Positions 60,924 to 64,000 of a stretch of 64,000 bases of DNA are shown one piece after another. The stretch's first letter is position 1. Every line of letters starts with the position of its first letter. This DNA comes from an uncultured Bdellovibrionales bacterium (GTDB lineage: Bacteria; Patescibacteriota; Minisyncoccia; Moranbacterales; UBA1568): contig CAYTED010000008.1 of the NCBI GenBank assembly GCA_964436855.1, forward strand, positions 4,158 to 68,157, given 5' to 3'. Under the pieces are notes generated by a model, which had not been told where the DNA came from, made no database searches, and saw only the letters and a program-made list of their open reading frames with translations. Position numbers and translations under genes: made by a program.

Positions 60924-62114
60924 ATGCTCTTCTCCGACATTCTCAAACTTTCCCTTCGAATGTTTAAGGCGCGAACTATGCGAACCATCCTTACCGTACT
61001 CGGTATGAGTGTCGGTATCGCGGCGATTCTGTTTCTCGTGTCATTCGGTTACGGACTCCAGCGAACTCTCTTGAAAAAAATCACCACAAGCGATGCTCTC
61101 GTTACCCTCGATATCACCGTTGGAGAAGAAAACGGAGAAACAAAACTCAACCCGAAAACCGTTGAAACCTTGAAAGGAATCGACGGAGTCAACAGCGTGA
61201 TCCCCGCCCTCGAGCTTCGCGGACAATCGCATTTCGAAGGAACCGCCTACGAGGTAAGCGTCGTTTCAACCGAAGATCAGTTCATCAATCTCGACGGACT
61301 CGTCTTCTCGTATGGAAAAAATTTCTCAAACAGCGCTTGGGAAATCGCCATTTCCTCCGGTGTCGCGCAAATCTTTACCGATAAACCCGAAAGCCTCCTT
61401 GGCAAGCCGCTCGATATGACGATTTTTCTCAAAAAATCCGCCGGTTCGACGCAAGAAGAAGAGGTACACCCCGAAAAACCGTATATTATCACCGGTATCG
61501 TCCAGAGCGAAGATAATCTCGTGTATCTTCCGATTTCCACTCTGTCCGCTTTTTCTCTCCCCGACTTCACCAAACTGAAGGTCAAGTGCGTTTCCACCGA
61601 CCGTGTTGAGCCCGTCCGTTCCGCCATACAAGAACGGGGTTTCGTCGCCTCCTCCATTTCCGAAATCGTCGATCAGGCGAACAAAGTATTTAGCGTCATT
61701 CAAATCGTCCTGATGATTTTCGGTTTGATCGCGCTCATTGTTTCCGCGATCGGTATGTTTAACACGATGACCATCGCCCTTCTCGAACGAACGGAAGAAA
61801 TCGGTATTATGAAAGCGATCGGCGCGTCGAATCGCGCGATCTGGATGATGTTTATCGCCGAAGCGTCAATTATGGGATTTCTCGGCGGTCTTGGTGGTGT
61901 TCTCCTCGGATGGCTTGAGGGAGAATGTTTGAATCTTCTCGTCAATCTTATCGCCTCGCGATTCGGCGGCGAATCGGTCGATCTTTTCTATAGCCCGCTC
62001 TGGTTTGTAACCACCATCATCATTTTCGGCGCCTTTGTTGGATTGTTGACCGGTGTTTTCCCGGCACGCAAAGCCGGAAAAATCGACACGCTCGATGCGC
62101 TGCGGTACAAGTAA
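60924..62114 (+). CDS. MacB/FtsX-type ABC permease
   Basis: RTILTVLGMSVG, ERTEEIGIMKAIGA and PARKA...ALRY. Confidence 0.9.
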   Translation: MLFSDILKLSLRMFKARTMRTILTVLGMSVGIAAILFLVSFGYGLQRTLLKKITTSDALVTLDITVGEENGETKLNPKTVETLKGIDGVNSVIPALELRGQSHFEGTAYEVSVVSTEDQFINLDGLVFSYGKNFSNSAWEIAISSGVAQIFTDKPESLLGKPLDMTIFLKKSAGSTQEEEVHPEKPYIITGIVQSEDNLVYLPISTLSAFSLPDFTKLKVKCVSTDRVEPVRSAIQERGFVASSISEIVDQANKVFSVIQIVLMIFGLIALIVSAIGMFNTMTIALLERTEEIGIMKAIGASNRAIWMMFIAEASIMGFLGGLGGVLLGWLEGECLNLLVNLIASRFGGESVDLFYSPLWFVTTIIIFGAFVGLLTGVFPARKAGKIDTLDALRYK

Positions 62115-62191
62115 CATCAAACGGATAATAGGTACGAGACACTTGATAAAAAAGAGAGAAACAAAATCCGAGGCGGATGGCCTCGGGTTTT

Positions 62192-62818
62192 TTACGTTCT
62201 CGGATCTTGTTCGCGCCACTCGATAATTTCCCCGGCCTTTCGTTCAATCGGGTGCGCGAGACGAATATATCGCCTGTTTTCTTTTGGAACAAGCGGGTAG
62301 TGCTGCGCCGAATCGAGCGCATCGGCAATTTCCCAGAGATCTTCCTCGCTTGTAATCCACCCGGTTCCGAATCGCGATACATCGACCGGCCGAGAGTAGC
62401 TCGTCAGCGTCTTCTTACCCGTATCATTCGAAAAGTATTCGTGAAAATATGAGAGCGCGAGTTCGCGAAGTGTCCGGTAAATCGGATCGCGAAACCGAAG
62501 TACGGCATGATTCGTTTTACTCACCGCACCCCAATAGCCGTTTTTTCGGTAGAGTGCCACGACATGATCGAAGTCAGAGGGATCGGACTTGAGATCAAGA
62601 AGAAGCGGCTTTTCTCCTCTTATCCAGAGCGCGGTCGCGGCAAGGAGTGCCCCCTCGATACAGTGCGCCTTCTTTTCCCGCAACACTCGCCTCGGTGAGA
62701 AGTATGTGTCTCCTTTTTTCTCGTGATTGATCGGAAGCGTATCAAGAAAATCCTGAATTTTCGCCGGAGACGAAAGCCTCTTCAGTACCCGATATTCATT
62801 TTGCGTAAGACCAAACAT
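62192..62818 (-). CDS. Conserved transglutaminase-like hypothetical protein
   Basis: KIQDFLD, AHCIEGAL, DHVVAL, WGAVSKTN and SYFHEYF. Confidence 0.7.
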   Translation of the reverse strand: MFGLTQNEYRVLKRLSSPAKIQDFLDTLPINHEKKGDTYFSPRRVLREKKAHCIEGALLAATALWIRGEKPLLLDLKSDPSDFDHVVALYRKNGYWGAVSKTNHAVLRFRDPIYRTLRELALSYFHEYFSNDTGKKTLTSYSRPVDVSRFGTGWITSEEDLWEIADALDSAQHYPLVPKENRRYIRLAHPIERKAGEIIEWREQDPRT

Positions 62819-63008
62819 GATTTCCTGTAACAGTGTTTTCTTGCAGCTTTCGCACGAATCGTTGTATGTGAGGATCAAAGAGGTTTCTTTTCTTGTCGAG
62901 AATTTCTTGACCACTTTCGATCCACTTCAGAGCGCTCTCCTTACGATCTCTCTCAAGATAATCGCAAGGCACAATATTTTCTACAAGCTTTCGGAGAGCA
63001 TCTCTCAT
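62796..63008 (-). pseudogene. Probable truncated N-terminal fragment of a NUDIX-type hydrolase
   Basis: IVPCDYLE....SALKWIESGQEI resembles a NUDIX-family N-terminus from memory. No Nudix box follows, and the ORF runs into the next gene. Confidence 0.35.
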
Positions 63009-63207
63009 ACACCCAAGTATACCAGGTTCTCACTCCGACTCCAGATAACAAAAAAGAGGCTTTTAACCTCTTTTTCCATTTGCTCCGAGCGATGGAAAAA
63101 ACTCGGACCCGTTTTCAGTAGAAGTATAAAAAACCCACATCAAGTTTTAGAGATCAATGGTACCCCCCCAACAAATTACGTAACTGGTTACGTAATATAT
63201 TCTTTTA

Positions 63208-64000
63208 TTACCACTCGAAAATATCAACGATATTGTCGATCGCAGTCTTAATGCGATTTACAATGCCATGATATTCCAAGATCTTCGGTGCTCTTGGAAG
63301 CATATCAGCAATCTCTTGATTGCCAGGCAACTTCTGAGTATAGATATATTCCCCGATTAAATTCTCCAATTTCTCAACCGGAATATGCTCAGCTTCAGCA
63401 ATACCTCGCAATCCAGAAGACCGCTCACTTTCCCAGAACTCACCAAAAGCCCTTTCCACATCTTCCGACCTCGCAATTTTCGGCAGATTTTCTTCAATAA
63501 ATTTCCGAATAAGATCCTTCTTCTTGCGGAGCTTCACATCACGATCAAATACCCGCAAAATTTCTTCTGTTTTCTTTTCACGCAGAGCAGCAGAACGAAT
63601 ATTCTTGAGCCCAGCAATCAGCATGATGATATAGTCATAATCAATCACGTCTCGCACGGTAAGCTCCAGCTCGAAATCAATCTGATCCAAAATCGACTCC
63701 ATATCTCCCTCTCCGTTTTTCCGTCCTTCATAAATATCGAGGTACTTACTCTGATAGTCATAGAATTCCTGCTCTGAAATTCCCAACTGATCAAAAGAAA
63801 AATCAGCAAAGGTTTCAAGTGACGACTTCATGCGAAGCAAATCTCGGAATGTTTTCACAAACTGAGCCTTTTCTTCTTCGCTCCGCAAATCATTCACCGC
63901 CACAACATCCGGCACTTGTGCGCGCAACTCTCCAAGTTTTACTTCAAACTCTTTCTTCTGCTCTTCGTAGGGCTTTTTGAATACCACTTCCTTCGCATTC
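63208..64000 (-). CDS. hsdR: Type I restriction enzyme R subunit, C-terminal part (runs off the window end)
   Basis: FVKTFRDLLR, YQSKYLDIY, IDFELEL...DVIDYDYI and KKDLI..FI are typical of the EcoR124I-type C-terminus. Confidence 0.85.
   Translation of the reverse strand, partial: NAKEVVFKKPYEEQKKEFEVKLGELRAQVPDVVAVNDLRSEEEKAQFVKTFRDLLRMKSSLETFADFSFDQLGISEQEFYDYQSKYLDIYEGRKNGEGDMESILDQIDFELELTVRDVIDYDYIIMLIAGLKNIRSAALREKKTEEILRVFDRDVKLRKKKDLIRKFIEENLPKIARSEDVERAFGEFWESERSSGLRGIAEAEHIPVEKLENLIGEYIYTQKLPGNQEIADMLPRAPKILEYHGIVNRIKTAIDNIVDIFEW

Overview
This is a bacterial chromosomal window with the gene content of a Patescibacteria/CPR genome (Parcubacteria, Moranbacteria-like; this assignment is inference). 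Housekeeping genes include mutY, mnmA, dus, gyrB, efp, rpsF-ssb-rpsR, recA, ftsK, rpoBC, lgt and rplY. There is also a complete Rrf2-SUF operon converging on a 2-oxoacid:ferredoxin oxidoreductase. The standout is a ~7 kb cassette (19837-26808) lying between xseA and xseB. It contains a complete diversity-generating retroelement (DGR): a reverse transcriptase (RT), an inverted avd, and a 124-bp TR/VR pair whose 15 mismatches all fall at TR adenines, with a post-VR hairpin. The DGR diversifies the C-terminus of a MoxR-type AAA+ ATPase, which is encoded with a HExxH/VWA partner and an AbiEii-type toxin-antitoxin pair. A C9 tract puts the likely avd start codon out of frame, which could be a phase-variable switch. 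Other oddities are in-frame palindromic insertions in four housekeeping genes, a family of inverted heptamer-array elements (with and without a four-helix-bundle cargo gene), and a candidate rod-shaped ncRNA upstream of rpsF.
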